Positions 12,456 through 25,892 of a stretch of 64,000 nucleotides of DNA are shown in pieces. The stretch lies in contig OZ249437.1 in the NCBI GenBank assembly GCA_965235115.1, positions 5,022,001 to 5,086,000 of the forward strand, given 5' to 3'. The translations under genes were made by a program, and so were the position numbers. Below the pieces are notes generated by a model. That model searched no databases and was not told the origin of the DNA. It saw only the letters and a list, made by a program, of their open reading frames with translations. The stretch's first letter is position 1; each line of letters begins with the position of its first letter. The stretch is from Laetmonice hystrix (lineage: Eukaryota).

Positions 12456-13890
12456 TCACATGAGCCTCGTCCTTTTGGGTGTCGGTCTATACACCCGAAC
12501 GGAAGGGGCTCCTGTGCTATAATCCAATAAGTCGCCATCCAATCCACACGTTTTCAAAGTCCTGAGCAGACTCCAGGTAACGGCGTCAGACAGAGCGGTG
12601 TCTTGGATGGTGTCGCGCGAGTTCCTTGGGTGATATTTTATTTTATGTCTTAATAAAATTTACTTGAAACTAATGGTGCCGATAAAGGTTAAATCTGAAC
12701 GGCTATTGTAGAGTTGCCATCAATCAGGAGGAAATTATCATAATTTAAAGAAGAACCGTGCCGTACCTAGCTCGGGGCACTAAGGCCGTTGAGTCAACCG
12801 TCTTTCCTGAAAAAAAAATCCCTTTCTCGCACGTAGATCCCCCCCTACCGAAATTCGGTCTGACTCTTACAATTTATCCCTCCGTCCTACTCTGGAATGA
12901 TATTAGTTTGGGGATAGTGTATATATATTGGAGACAGCGATCGTGTACAAATTGGAGATATGGAAGGTTAGGTCCAGTGACCCATCTGATCCGCCCCGGC
13001 ACTCTGGGACCTGACGCCGATGTTCACGGAAGCCGAGCACTCTGCCATCTGTGGAGCCTGCAGCAGGTGGCGGCGGGAGACAGAAGTGTGCTGTCGGTCC
13101 CGCGTGCTACGAACACCAACAAATATTGATGGATGTGTCGCTCGCCAAGCGCGCTCCGTCCCTGTCTAGACTGGCATGGTGGCTGCAGACATTTCATTAT
13201 CGTCACGGGGTCTGGTGCCTAGAATGATAATACTCCAAACTCACCAGATATTTCCAATCAGGGACGAAGGGGGTGGAGATTGGACCTGGTTACAACACTT
13301 GAAGTAAACCATCAGATGCTGGATGTTCTCAAGGATGTATCAACCTTCTCGACTCGACATGATTAAAATATTCCCAACCATAGAGCACAACACTCTGTTT
13401 AATCGAAGCCATGTTTATCTAGATTGGGCGGACATATGATCCTGACACGTGAAATCTACCCTGCTGTATCTCTGACCGGGTCGGTTTGACCGGCTGGGGT
13501 CGGGCCCGGGAGGGTGGAGGATTCCCTGGGCTGGTATACTATAGGGTGGTAGGGTGGGGGTGGGGGTGGCCTCTCACAACCCCATTGTTTACCCACAGGC
13601 TGGTGGTTGGTGGTGGTCAGTTTTCCCGGGGTCCATTATTTCCCCCGGGGTCCGGGTTGGGTGGGCTGGAGGTGGTGATCAACAGACTCATCTTAGTTTT
13701 AGGTATAGGCCTACCACTGGTGATAGGTTTAAGGTTCATGTCCATTCCTGTGTATCTGGACATTTCAGAACAAGAACTTCGCGGTCACATCGTAATCCTT
13801 TATACTTGACCTTAAAGTACTAAATCATATCGGTGGAATGAGCCGAACAATCACTCATGTTTGTAACCTTGATAAGTTCATGCTAATGAG

Positions 13891-13951
13891 CAATTCACAC
13901 CCAGTTCATACCCAATTCACACCCAGTTCACACCCAATTCACACCCAGTTC
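13891..13951. repeat. 11-bp tandem repeat (ttcacaccca[a/g]), ~5 units
   Basis: Directly visible. Confidence 0.85.
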
Positions 13952-15764
13952 TATCAAATGATATTAAAATCTTGCCAGTTTTTAACCTAAGATGCTTAGA
14001 CCATATCCACGGGGCGATGACCTCAATTGACCTTCGTCTGGTCCCCTGCTCCGGTCATCATTTTACATCCCAGCTGTGATGGAGTCAGCAAAACTACACT
14101 AAAACAGTAGTGATCCGTTTTTCTGTCCTCAAGACTAGACCCATATTGATACCAGATGAGATAAGTATCGCCCACAAATAAATAAAACCAAACCCCAGGT
14201 TGATACTTCCTCCCGTGAACCATTTCTCAGTAACTTGTGCACGACAAATTTCCAAACAGAAACCCCCACTTCCCAGTAATCCATGGTGCCCATAATTTCA
14301 TAGTTTGAGATGACCTCCAGTTTATACGCTGCCCATTCCGTAAGCCCCTCCCGGTATCGTGGACGGATATATACGACCCGTATGTATGACATGTAGGTGA
14401 AGTAGTCGACCTTGTTTATCTCTAACTGATTTACCAGTTGGATTCGCCGTGGATTGATCTGATTCGGGTTGGACTGGTGTGGACTGACTGAACTAACCTA
14501 GGAGTGATTCTCGAGCTGTGCCGCTCGTCTAGATTCCAGTACCCGCAGGAGTAAGCTTGATTACGACCTCATGTCGGAATGAGAGACAGGATAGCTGGTC
14601 CTGAGTCCATCCCTGTTTGAAGTCAATATATGTGCGCCTTGCAATCACACCTAGGGATTACGTGGCAGTACGAGGGGATTCTCCGGTCAATATTATTAAT
14701 GAACTTTTTCTTTCTCGTCGATTTTACTCTCTCCAAAGATACGTGCCGCAATCCTTGAATGAATCCAGTTTCCACGTAAATTATCGTGACACTGTTATCA
14801 ATGTTAAATGTGATATAATCTTCCCCACGAAACCCGCTCAATATTGATCACACGTTTGGTGTTACCATAGAGATAGCATGAACAAGAGGACGAACATAAT
14901 GAGAAGCTTGGTTTAAAAAATATTTTCAGTGTTTGTTTTTCATGTTTCCGTACTTTTTTCTTTTGAGAGAGAATATAATTCCTAACGAACTGTAATACCT
15001 ACACCGCTTGATATTTCGATACAGAAGGTCAAAACGAACAGTATTTGTTTAGCAGGACTGCCTCACCCCATAGTCTGTCCACAAAAAGTCAACACTTCCT
15101 ATAGCAGCAAGTGGAAACATACTTTTTTTGGTTGTGAAATTGCCCTAACATGCACGCGAGTAGCACTGAGGGAGTCGGTCTGCTATCGAGTCTAGACTGG
15201 CTCTCAAATATTCACGACTGTTTACCTGCAAGCCAGAGCATCACGCAGTGCCGTTTTATTGGACCTTTTTTTATAATGATGAACTGCGGTTGTACGGTAC
15301 GCGGGATACAATGAGTATATTTCAGCTGACGCCTGTCAGTCGGGGCGGTCGGTAGTTCACACAATATCTGTCAAATGAGGAGATTAATTGCTATAACATC
15401 TTTGAATCTCAATAAAAATCAACCATACCAAAAGCAAACCTATTCGAAGATAGGCCATTAGCGAGAAATTTCACCATAGAAAAGTAATTTCCTAGTCATG
15501 TTAACTTTAATTAATTTTCTTTCACGTACAATGGAGGACCAGAATTAAGTAATATTATGTAGATCTACAGACCAACATGGAAAGTGTTTGTGCAGGATCT
15601 GCCAAAGCTTCTTTATGATCTGCGTTACAAGCATTTTGATTTATTTCAACGGGTCAAACGTACTAAGTCAGACATGTTAAACCTTTGATCCACCACGCCT
15701 CAACGATCTGATCTCCACGCATCTTGCCAAGATTTTTATTCGGCTCGTTGTGTTTACCTTTCAG

Positions 15765-15859
15765 AAATATAAATGTCTGAGAAACACTAGGCAAAGGCCA
15801 CGCACTGCGATCGTCCCAGGAGGGGGGCCTTTACAAGCGGAGGTGATGCCAACTTCAGC
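15765..15859 (+). CDS. Candidate internal exon (KYKCLRNTRQRPRTAIVPGGGPLQAEVMPTS), unknown
   Basis: Acceptor tgtttacctttcag and donor AGC|GTAAGT; only one frame is open. Confidence 0.3.
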
Positions 15860-16826
15860 GTAAGTCCAAATAAGAAAAACACTTGCCTACAAAAGCGATC
15901 CAACATCAATGGCGCTTTAATAATAAGACAGCCGATATCAACACAATATAGGTATCGGTTTCGTACAGAACCAACAGTAGGGGCTCTCAACTTACTGTGT
16001 CAATGGCGAGCACCATCGGGTTTACGGCAGAGAACGGTGAGATGTGGGGGTCGGCATTCATTATAGAACAGGTAAAAAGGAAGCCTCCAGTTCACTGATG
16101 GCCACAGGATTAATGTATAAATATTTAAAAAAAAAGAAACTAGAGAAGAAAACTCAGGCTACTATACTGTGCATTATCTTGTATACGCGACCCCCCCCCC
16201 CCGTCCCCTCACGATGGTAGTGTACACCTGTAGGCTGCAACCCCGACTCTACTTTTTGTGTCTGAAATCAATCTCCCTCATTTTACGATGTCTACCTGTG
16301 GCAGCGAGACAGGTTACAATCTCTGACCCAAACTACTCGCCAACCTCTTGTTTTTACATCCTAGGCTTTCCCTTTACCGTATTCCGACCGGAATTATAAA
16401 GTTTTACTGCCTGAACAACATTATCCCGACAACGAATTATTCTCGACTTCCATGCTCCACCGCTGGGGACTCTCATCACCGACACAATGAACCAATGAAT
16501 CTCTCTGATGTGGTTTCACGTAATGTTATATAAATAGTCTCTGTGAATAGTCCATCGAGTGTGACCATAACGACACGCATGGCTTCAGTCCGTGCAGTCA
16601 CATCAATTTGGTTAGGGGCGTTTCCGCTGACCTAGAAGACTATAACAATGAACTCATTTTTGACCTCAACAATAAATCTCACGATTTTGTCACGCCTCTC
16701 TAATGAAGCATGCTCTCAAAAGAAACAAAAAAGGCGAAATTTCAAACATGCCGAAATTCCGTGCCTGTGGTCATAAAGACCAAGCTTTTCTCTACGTGAC
16801 ACAGTTGGCATCTCGTCTGGTGAGAG

Positions 16827-16927
16827 AAAACACCGTGTGTATTAAAACACCGTGTGTATTAAAACACCTTGGGTATTAAAACACTGGGTATTAAAACACC
16901 GTGTGTATTAAAACACTGGGTATTAAA
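16827..16927. repeat. 15-17-bp tandem repeat (attaaaacaccgtgtgt), ~6 units
   Basis: Directly visible. Confidence 0.9.
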
Positions 16928-17655
16928 CTTTATTAATCTGTCCTGTGTAATGGCAAATATACTGTGAAGGTTTCAATCGTTGGAATCGATCGATACTGTA
17001 TTATAAGTGCGGGACTGGGCGAAGTGTATGGCACAGGTCGGAATCCTGGAATTCGGTAGGAGCTATTGTTTGCCCACCATGAAGTAATATCCTTCCGGCT
17101 GAGGAACTTTTGTCGTTTATTCTCAAGACTAGTCACCCGGCGTCAGCACTTCAGTGTAAGTGGATGATCGTGTCGGTAACAGTTCCTTCCTATACCACCT
17201 CCAGCAAAATACCAACGGCTGACTTCACCTTTGTAAGGTGGAATTCACAGACCAAGTTGAACAGGGCCAACCTTCTGTTTTTTGGGGTAGCAAAAAAGTA
17301 AGTGTGTAAGTTATGGGGAAGGGTCAGTTAACTGTGACTGTAAAAAGTCGAGTTACATTCCAATGGGAGTAGCTTGGAGATATGGATCGAGGTCGGTGGG
17401 AAAGTCTCTCAATAATATTTGACCCGTACAATTAGGCGTTGTCTCATCCCATCAGATTGGCTCATCAGAATTACAAAGGTATCGCCATTAAATATACCTC
17501 ACTAGATACGTGATCATAGCAAGCGAGGATATAATCTTTGGTGGTTCATGGTGTCATGGTGGACAGATATGACTCAATTCGTCGTATGTTATATAACAAT
17601 GCAATCATAATCTGAAGTGTTAATTAGAATGGACAATCAATACAATGAGCACTGC

Positions 17656-17845
17656 TCGTACTATTTTGGTTCACAATTCTATCGTACTATTTTGGTTCAC
17701 AATTCTATCGTACTATTTTGGTTCACAATTCTATCGTACTATTTTGGTTCACAATTCTACCATACTATTTTGGTTCACAATTCTACCGTACTATTTTGGT
17801 TCACAATAATATTCTATCGTACTATTAGTATTTTGGTTCACAATT
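17656..17845 (+). repeat. 26-bp minisatellite, ~7 units
   Basis: Unit ctattttggttcacaattctatcgta. Confidence 0.95.
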
Positions 17846-18397
17846 ATATGGTACAAGTTATTTAAGTATTCCTGTTTTGCACCATTTACAAAAAGCTAAT
17901 GATGTGTAAGGAAAGGCAGTAGATTTCTTCAGGAAACAATTTTTTAGTTTTGCCTGACAAATTGACAGCGCCATGGTGTTTTCTGGAGGCACTTAATTTC
18001 ATGCCACACGACTTAAGACCTGACTTGGCCGCCAAACTGTGCTGTACCGTAACAGTATAGAGATATGTATGTATGAAGTCAGGACGACTGAGTTCGCTCG
18101 ACAACCATTTCATGGCGAGTGGTTCCAGGATATAACAGGTGGTTAGTTTCGGTTGGCAGGAGGTTAGATATCTATATCAACTGTTATCATCTTAACCCGT
18201 CACTGATATTATATCTAGATCCTGGGGGAGGGGGAAGGGGGGGGGGACGTGCAGAATCTGTCAGAGTCTGAAAGCCTCACACAACATTGAGTCGGAGAAA
18301 ACGTATACAATTGTAATGAAGCAGGAACAGGAAAATGAAAGAAGGAAACATTCATGAGTTAATTAGAAAACCTCAAGAGTCCCTTCTTTTATCCTTT

Positions 18398-18458
18398 ATA
18401 GTACGATAGAATTGTGAACCAAAATTCTACTGATAGTACGATAGAATTGTGAACCAAA
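18398..18458 (-). repeat. Two inverted copies of the 26-bp unit
   Basis: atagtacgatagaattgtgaaccaaa is the reverse complement of the 17656-17845 unit. Confidence 0.9.
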
Positions 18459-19674
18459 TCTTTTAAACTAACCCCCTCCCCCGGTCGCTCTCAGAGCATC
18501 ATAAAGAACAACTCCAGATGTTGCTTCCTGTAGAACCGTCGGCAGAGACAGATACTGCCATGAACGATCGTCCTGAGAGAGATGTTCATGGTGCAGCTTG
18601 CCTTCTCAATCTGTCTCCGTACAGGCAGCAGTGGTGGTTTTACCGACGGGATCACCCGACCACCACCCACTTCTCCCACTTCACCCGACCCTGTCGTACA
18701 GTAGGGAATAAATCCAACTGATCCAAATCAGCTCTCTGTATATACATTTAGGATCAATCTGACGGCCTTTGTTATCTTTCAAGTTAACACCACGGGAAAG
18801 AGATATTAAACAACATACAGACAGACAACATTAACGGAATCCAGGAGAATCAGTAAGATCGTTCAGGAAACCAATCCTCAACAATGATCCAGAATGTCCC
18901 TTGGTTCTTAATGAGTCCATCATCTATTTTTGTCATACCGATTTCTTTGTTGTGGACATACTGAACCTTAGGTAACCGGCTTGGTAATTAAAGGCAACTG
19001 GTTTCGGCCTACTCCTGGTGTGGTCTTTATCTACATAGGGGCCTACTCTTGAGAGAAGGGGATTAACTGCTATCATGGTCAAGGTATTCGACATACCCGG
19101 TATACAATTAGCACAGGTATATAATGTCCATCCATTCAGGTAAAGCTGAACAATGCACCGTGGAACACCAGCAAAGATTCCCCATACCATATGTCTGCCA
19201 TATCACACAGTGCCAGTTTGACAGAATCTTTATCTCGAGAGGCCAGTAGGCTGATATCAACATGCCTCTGGCGCTCCGTCTCATATTGACTTGGTACACA
19301 CTCAGGTCGTGTAGAGATTGAATAACAACCACCAAGTGATTGTCATCATATGTCTTAATGGCCGCATTCCGACCTCAAGATCAGGACTATTTACATTCCA
19401 GCCTCAACTGGACACCCGACGACTCTATCAACCATGACAAAAATATCTCCATCATTCCGCGAATCTTGTTCTATATCTACACGGAGATACCTCCACGATA
19501 TGAACACAGGAATTTAATTTGTAGGTAGAATGTTAGGAGGTTATAAATAAACGATCTATTACCCAGTACGGGATCACAACATTCCTTGTCTTAATCTGAT
19601 GGGTATCAGCATGTTTAGAAGATCAACACATCTACCATAACATGCGCAATATTGTCATGTTTCCATGTGTTAGG

Positions 19675-20042
19675 CTAAAACTCCCTTCCTGGCTGGCAGG
19701 ATACATATAGACCACCACGCCATGGGGTAAAACTCTCTCCCTGGCTGGCAGGGTACATAAAGGCCACCACGCCATGGGGTAAAACTCCCTCCCTGGCTGG
19801 CAGGGTACATAAAGGCCACCACGTCATGGGGTAAAACTCCCTCCCTGGATGGCAGGATACATAAAGGCCACCATGACATGGGGTAAAACTCCCTCCCTGG
19901 ATGGCAGGATACATAAAGGTCACCCTGACATGGGGTAACCCCCCCCCCCTCCCTGGCTGGCAGGATATACATAAAGGCCACCATGACATAGGGTAAACCC
20001 CCTCTCCCTGGCTGGCAGGATACATAAAGGCCACCATGTCAT
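19675..20042. repeat. ~52-bp minisatellite, 7 units
   Basis: Unit tggggtaaaactccctccctggctggcagg(g/a)tacataaaggccaccacgcca. Confidence 0.95.
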
Positions 20043-20311
20043 AGAAACCTGGGCACAGCTGCTGTTACTTGCCAATCCCAACCCAATCAATGGGACAAGA
20101 CTGACGTGATCCTGGCCTACTCCGTCCGTGTCTCACCTATTGGTCTACATTTATAGTATCAAGATCTCACACACGCTCTGTATGGGAGAGATTACCACTC
20201 CCAGTTATTGCCCCCTTAGGCCTACCCCCTTCTCTTACACCAGGTCAAGGTCGGCTCTATCAGAGGCATCCTACCCTTGGTTTTTCTATCACCCTGGAAT
20301 GTTTTCTCCAG

Positions 20312-20405
20312 GTTTCAGCCATACTTTAATAATGAAACAAGACCACACAACTGTTCATCATGGGCATTCTATGTCAACCCATTTACATATCACCCTGGTA
20401 AAAAG
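20312..20405 (+). CDS. Candidate internal exon (FQPYFNNETRPHNCSSWAFYVNPFTYHPGKK), unknown
   Basis: Acceptor gttttctccag, donor AAG|GTACGT, open frame phase 2 to 0. Confidence 0.3.
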
Positions 20406-21000
20406 GTACGTTTATTGTTTATATATACTTACTTCAGCAACAAAAGAAAGTTATCTGAATCAGAGGAATATGGCAGTGTCATCCTATTCAATGCCAGAAA
20501 TAACAAACTTTGGATACGCCAACTGAATCAACAGGACATATTTGGTCACATTCGCCACATCTTTAACTTGTGTAGACTAAATCTTAAAAGGGAGAACCTA
20601 ATCAAATGCAGCTAGAATATCAAACTGAGGGAAATACACAGCAATCCACCACTTTGATCATGATGTGACTGATCATGATGTGACTGATCATGATATCATG
20701 CCACAGCTGTGGCTATACACAAAACCTCAAACAAACGACCGACGTAATCCTTGCCGAACCGGAACGAGCCTGAATACGGCAAGAATCGGGGTCAGAAGGT
20801 CATCAATGCTTGATCTCGGCATGCCGTGAGATCTCGACGTTCATACAGCCACCAGTGAAATCTCTTTCCTACCCGAACTCCTTGTGTCCCTCACCACATA
20901 CACCCCCTCCGTAAGAGGGCGTTGCCCTCCTTCCATGCCGACCAGCCTCGATCCCGCACAAAGGTCAAACGACGTGAAGATTCAATAAACAATCACTCAA

Positions 21001-21860
21001 CACTGATACACGCCTCACGATATGTGGGTTTCAGGAGTACCAGCGCTGCCCGGAGGATACACGCCTCACGATATGTGGGTTTCAGGAGTACCAGCGGTGC
21101 CCGGAGGATTCCCAGACAGAAACCACAACCTTGCGGTCACACTGATACACGCCTCACGATATGTGGGTTTCAGGAGTACCAGCGCTGCCCGGAGGATTCC
21201 CAGACAGAAACCACAACCTTGGGGTCACACTGATACACGCCTCACGATATGTGGGTTTCAGGAGTACCAGCGCTGCCCTGAGGATACACGCCTCACGATA
21301 TGTGGGTTTCAGGAGTACCAGCGCTGCCCGGAGGATACACGCCTCACGATATGTGGGTTTCAGGAGTACCAGCGCTGCCCGGAGGATTCCCAGACAGAAA
21401 CCACAACCTTGCGGTCACACTGATACACGCCTCACGATATGTGGGTTTCAGGAGTACCAGCGCTGCCCGGAGGATTCCCAGACAGAAACCACAGCCTTGG
21501 GGTCACACTGATACACGCCTCACGATATGTGGGTTTCAGGAGTACCAGCGCTGCCCGGAGGATTCCCAGACAGAAACCACAACCTTGCGGTCACACTGAT
21601 ACACGCCTCACGATATGTGGGTTTGTTTCAGGAGTACCAGCGCTGCCCGGAGGATTCCCAGACAGAAACCACAACCTTGCGGTCACACTGATACACGCCT
21701 CACGATATGTGGGTTTCAGGAGTACCAGCGCTGCCCGGAGGATTCCCAGACAGAAATCACAACCTTGGGGTCACACTGATACACGCCTCACGATATCTGG
21801 GTTTCAGGAGTACCAGCGCTGCCCGGAGGATTCCCAGACAGAAACCACAACCTTGCGGTC
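21001..21860. repeat. Compound minisatellite: 51-bp module A plus 37-bp module B
   Basis: A = gatacacgcctcacgatatgtgggtttcaggagtaccagcgctgcccggag; B = gattcccagacagaaaccacaaccttgcggtcacact; mostly AB units with some AA runs. Confidence 0.97.
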
Positions 21861-22078
21861 GGAATGAAATACCATAGGTCCAATGCAATATGTATTATAA
21901 GAACTGAAGAGATGCGGGTTGGATTCTAATACAAAATGACCTATCTGTTCTCCGGTGTAGGTAGTTCACATGAGGTGGGAATTCCTTTTAATAAAGCATG
22001 TTTTGGCTTACTTCACAGCAGAATACGAGGGGTAGCAAACACGGCCGGACCATGTGACCACAAGGCGACAACAAGCGA

Positions 22079-22329
22079 TCTGATCACATAATATACAGTC
22101 TACGATACAAGTACCAGTTCTGATCACATAATATACAGTCTATGATACAAGTACCAGTTCTGATCACATAATATACAGTCTATGATACAAGTACCAGTTC
22201 TGATCACATAATATACAGTCTATGATACAAGTACCAGTTCTGATCACATAATATACAGTCTATGATACAAGTACCAGTTCTGATCACATAATATACAGTC
22301 TATGATACAAGTACCAGTTCTGACACATA
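22079..22329. repeat. 40-bp minisatellite x6
   Basis: Unit tctgatcacataatatacagtctatgatacaagtaccagt. Confidence 0.97.
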
Positions 22330-22653
22330 CTTAATTAAAATCGAGTATCAAGATGTCTCTCACGTCCCACACCAATATTATCAAGCTAATCCTCTCAGAG
22401 TCCACTTCCAGAGTAAATCTTTGACCACTGTGCATGATGATCAATGCCTCAGTTTCATTGTTAGAGAGGTCAGATCCTGTTTGGGATTAATACATTAGAA
22501 GCATTACCAAGGTCTTATTGACTATGGATACACGGATAGTATCCACTCTCCTTACTGAACTACAGGCTTGTCAATAAGGTTATTCCGATCAGTCACACTC
22601 AGGAATTATTCCGTGTGATTGAAAACCAGGCCAAAGAATTTCAGGTGGAATAC

Positions 22654-22814
22654 CGCTCTGGGCTGACAGGGCCCAGCTGAGGGCCTTGAATAGCATATCC
22701 ACCTGCTGGTGACCTTTGATAGAGCTATGACCCTCAGCCACTGGCGTATTATGAACTGGGATTATTACTACATGCAGCCGGGTTAAATTCACAGAACGCT
22801 GATTCAGGTGCTGC
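22654..22814 (-). CDS. Candidate internal exon (QHLNQRSVNLTRLHVVIIPVHN...LFKALSWALSAQS), unknown
   Basis: Acceptor tatttag, donor GCG|GTATTC, 161 nt open. A phase-compatible open segment starts at 22476 after a 177-nt intron-like stretch containing stops. Confidence 0.3.
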
Positions 22815-23710
22815 CTAAATATAACCATGGCCCGTCACATCCGGCGGTGTTTGCGTGTTGGCTTGGCTCGAGGTTTATCATTATATGATTAATTAGAATC
22901 GATCATTTCTCAATTTAGATATAGAAATGATTCAGGAGATATGGTAACACTTGAACTGCCGTTCTGCCACAAAACAGATAGATCTGCATATTCTGGTGCT
23001 CATCCAGGATAAATATACAGTCGTAGAAATAAGACATTTAGGGGAAAGTATTTCCTGACTCGCGGAGTGGCCTTGGAACCTAATACAAGAGACTGAAATA
23101 TAAAGAATACTTGACATAAGAACGCCGGAACCCTTTGACAGATCTTTGCCACATCTGTCTTCTGTCTCCCCTGGGGTAAAGGACTTGACCCTAAGAACTC
23201 CGTACCCCAGCCTCGCGTGGCCTACATGAGCCCTCCACACTTTACCCCATGCTCCACTACCCTAGTACCTGATGCCCTAATGCCCCTTGAGGTTGGGAGC
23301 ACTCTACACCCCTCAGGCCTTCACCAACTCCGAGTAAACAAAACCTTGTCAACGAGTTACGCTGCGCTTGGGTCACAGCGACTGTTTGTCCCATAACACC
23401 ACCCATATCAGCGAGGAGCGAGTTCTTGACACTTTAAAAACGTTCCGTGAAGGCTTGGATTACGACTGCAGAGATTGTCTACAGAGGGTTGTATAGCGAC
23501 AGCGTCGCAATCTCAGTTAGTCTCACTCTTTTTAAGATCACATTTCCAAAAAAGAAGTATATAGCATGCTAATAAGAGGTTTCACTTTTTAGAAATGTCG
23601 TTTTTAATGTCTGTCTGGCACTAAAATAACAGGTCGAGCGATGGTTGTGGATATATTTAGATTCTAGCGAACCCCTTTAGGAAGTAGGATCCTAACGTCC
23701 GAAACATATA

Positions 23711-24286
23711 GGCCTCCCAAACCTGGAGCGGGACTACAGAACATCACGCCCTTGGCCTCCCAAACCTGGAGCGGGACTACAGAACATCACGCCCTTGGCC
23801 TCCCAAACCTGGAGCGGGACTACAGAACATCACGCCCTTGGCCTTCCAAACCTGGAGCGGGACTACAGAACATCACGTCCTTGGCCTCCCAAACCTGGAG
23901 CAGGACTACAGAACATCACGCCCTTGGCCTCCCAAACCTGGAGCGGGACTACAGAACATCACGCCCTTGGCCTCCCAAACCTGGAGCGGGACTACAGAAC
24001 ATCACGCCCTTGGCCTTCCAAACCTGGAGCGGGACTACAGAACATCACGCCCTTGGCCTTCCAAACCTGGAGCGGGACTACAGAACATCACGCCCTTGGC
24101 CTTCCAAACCTGGAGCGGGACTACAGAACATCACGCCCTTGGCCTCCCAAACCTGGAGCGGGACTACAGAACATCACGCCCTTGGCCTCCCAAACCTGGA
24201 GCGGGACTACAGAACATCACGCCCTTGGCCTTCCAAACCTGGAGCGGGACTACAGAACATCACGCCCTTGGCCTCCCAAACCTGGA
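23711..24286. repeat. 43-bp minisatellite, ~13 units
   Basis: Unit ggcct(c/t)ccaaacctggagcgggactacagaacatcacgccctt. Confidence 0.98.
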
Positions 24287-25892
24287 ACAATCTGACACGG
24301 TTGTTCTTGGACCTCACCTGTCTGACAGAAATCACCTCAGATCGGGGTTTCAATACTTACGTCCCTCTCAAGCCAAACGCTTCTGATTGGCTGCTCTTAG
24401 TTCAATAATTATGCTGATATTTTAGATCCAATAATTATAATCGTAAAAGATAGAGATCTCTCCTGCGACCAAAAATAAACCTCACAGTCGATCATGAATT
24501 TTGCTTGTAGGCTAATCGCTATGCCGACCTTGTCTTGCAGTGAATGTTCGTACATACCCACTCCATCCTCCCGTCCTCCCTCATCTTAGACAAGTGATAA
24601 ACAGCTATTTAATATTCACCTTGACGCCTGCCACTCGCCGGCGTACATCTTTTATGGTCTGTCGGAATACAATAGGCCGCTAACTGCCAGGCTCCCCAAC
24701 CATCTTATATGATTAATGCCATCGATAGCGGCATGGCAGAACGCTTGAATGTGACGGGATCTGTCCGACAGAGTCGGGGCACTGCATAGAGTCACGTAGG
24801 CAGAACTCGTGATACAAAATGTTGGCGACATGATTTGTATCACCTCACAGCAGGATCAGGTGTGACCCTGTGGCACTGAGCAGTCGATCGACTGCGAGGT
24901 ATTTTGATGGTATATTTGCCGCCATCTTTTATGACATTTATAATCTATTGCTGCTGTGTACGCCAAACAACGCAGATCTGCATATTAAACCGACATTGCC
25001 CCAACATTCAACACATCCCAGTGTTATACAACATAATGGACACGCTCAAAAATATTACTATTATATTTCCCAATGTTTATAGATACTTCAGCTACTGTCC
25101 GTCTAGATATCTGACAACGATGGCGGTGGCCTGATTACAGCAGGCTGCGGGTAGTCCTGCCACTTTTCTGCCATTGCTGACCTGCTGATCAGGCTCGATC
25201 TTTCACCTGGTCTGCTGCTGCTGCTGGTGGTGGCACACCTGGACAGAATGATGGATGAGGCTGTATGGCAGGGAGGCTGGCAGGTAGCAGGCCGCAGTAT
25301 ACTGATGGTCAGACACAGCCCAGCCCTGATCCATCACCCAGGTCAAGGAGTCAGGGAAATACGTTTACTATGATAGAACAGAATTTGTTATTCTTCCTTG
25401 ACTAACAGGAAATACATTTATACGTTGAGTAATATTCATGGGAGTTTCAATTACTGTTGAAATCCGACGGGCCGTTTTCCTGATCTGACGTTGGCCGCCA
25501 TATTTGAAGTGCAAGGCTGCCTCTAACAGACCTCTAAACCAAGTGTTCACTAAGCGCATTACAGCAACAAACCGTTGACAGATGCACCACACGCAGTCTC
25601 GAATCCTATCAAAGTCCTTCATCAACCTTTCTAACAGGTTGGTAAGGAGACTGGGCTTCCATATTCCTGTTTTAATACCGCTTGTACTATTCACTGCCAT
25701 GTTGGGTGAGGAGAAATCTCTCTGGCTACGTCTTATATCATTCCTTATTTGTATATATCAGGCGCCGGCTGAATAGAAGAACAATCCATTACGTTAAAAG
25801 GGTAGAGAACTAAAGTGCTTTCTACCACCAATCCTCATTAAGCGTACGCAAGGCGACAATACAAATAGACAAGGTGATGTAGATAATGTAGG

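Noticed and set aside
19188-19310. Minus-strand exon candidate ...YETERQRHVDISLLASRDKDSVKLALCDMADI with donor TG|GTATGG
   Set aside because: No convincing acceptor and no recognised homology, so too weak to list as a feature.
21001-21860. CRISPR-like repeat/spacer alternation (37 bp + 51 bp)
   Set aside because: The 'spacers' are identical to each other, there are no cas genes, and the context is eukaryotic. The same applies to all other arrays.
22690-22715. HUH-like motif HIHLLV on + strand
   Set aside because: Immediately preceded by a stop, frame full of stops, and no catalytic Tyr motif or helicase nearby.
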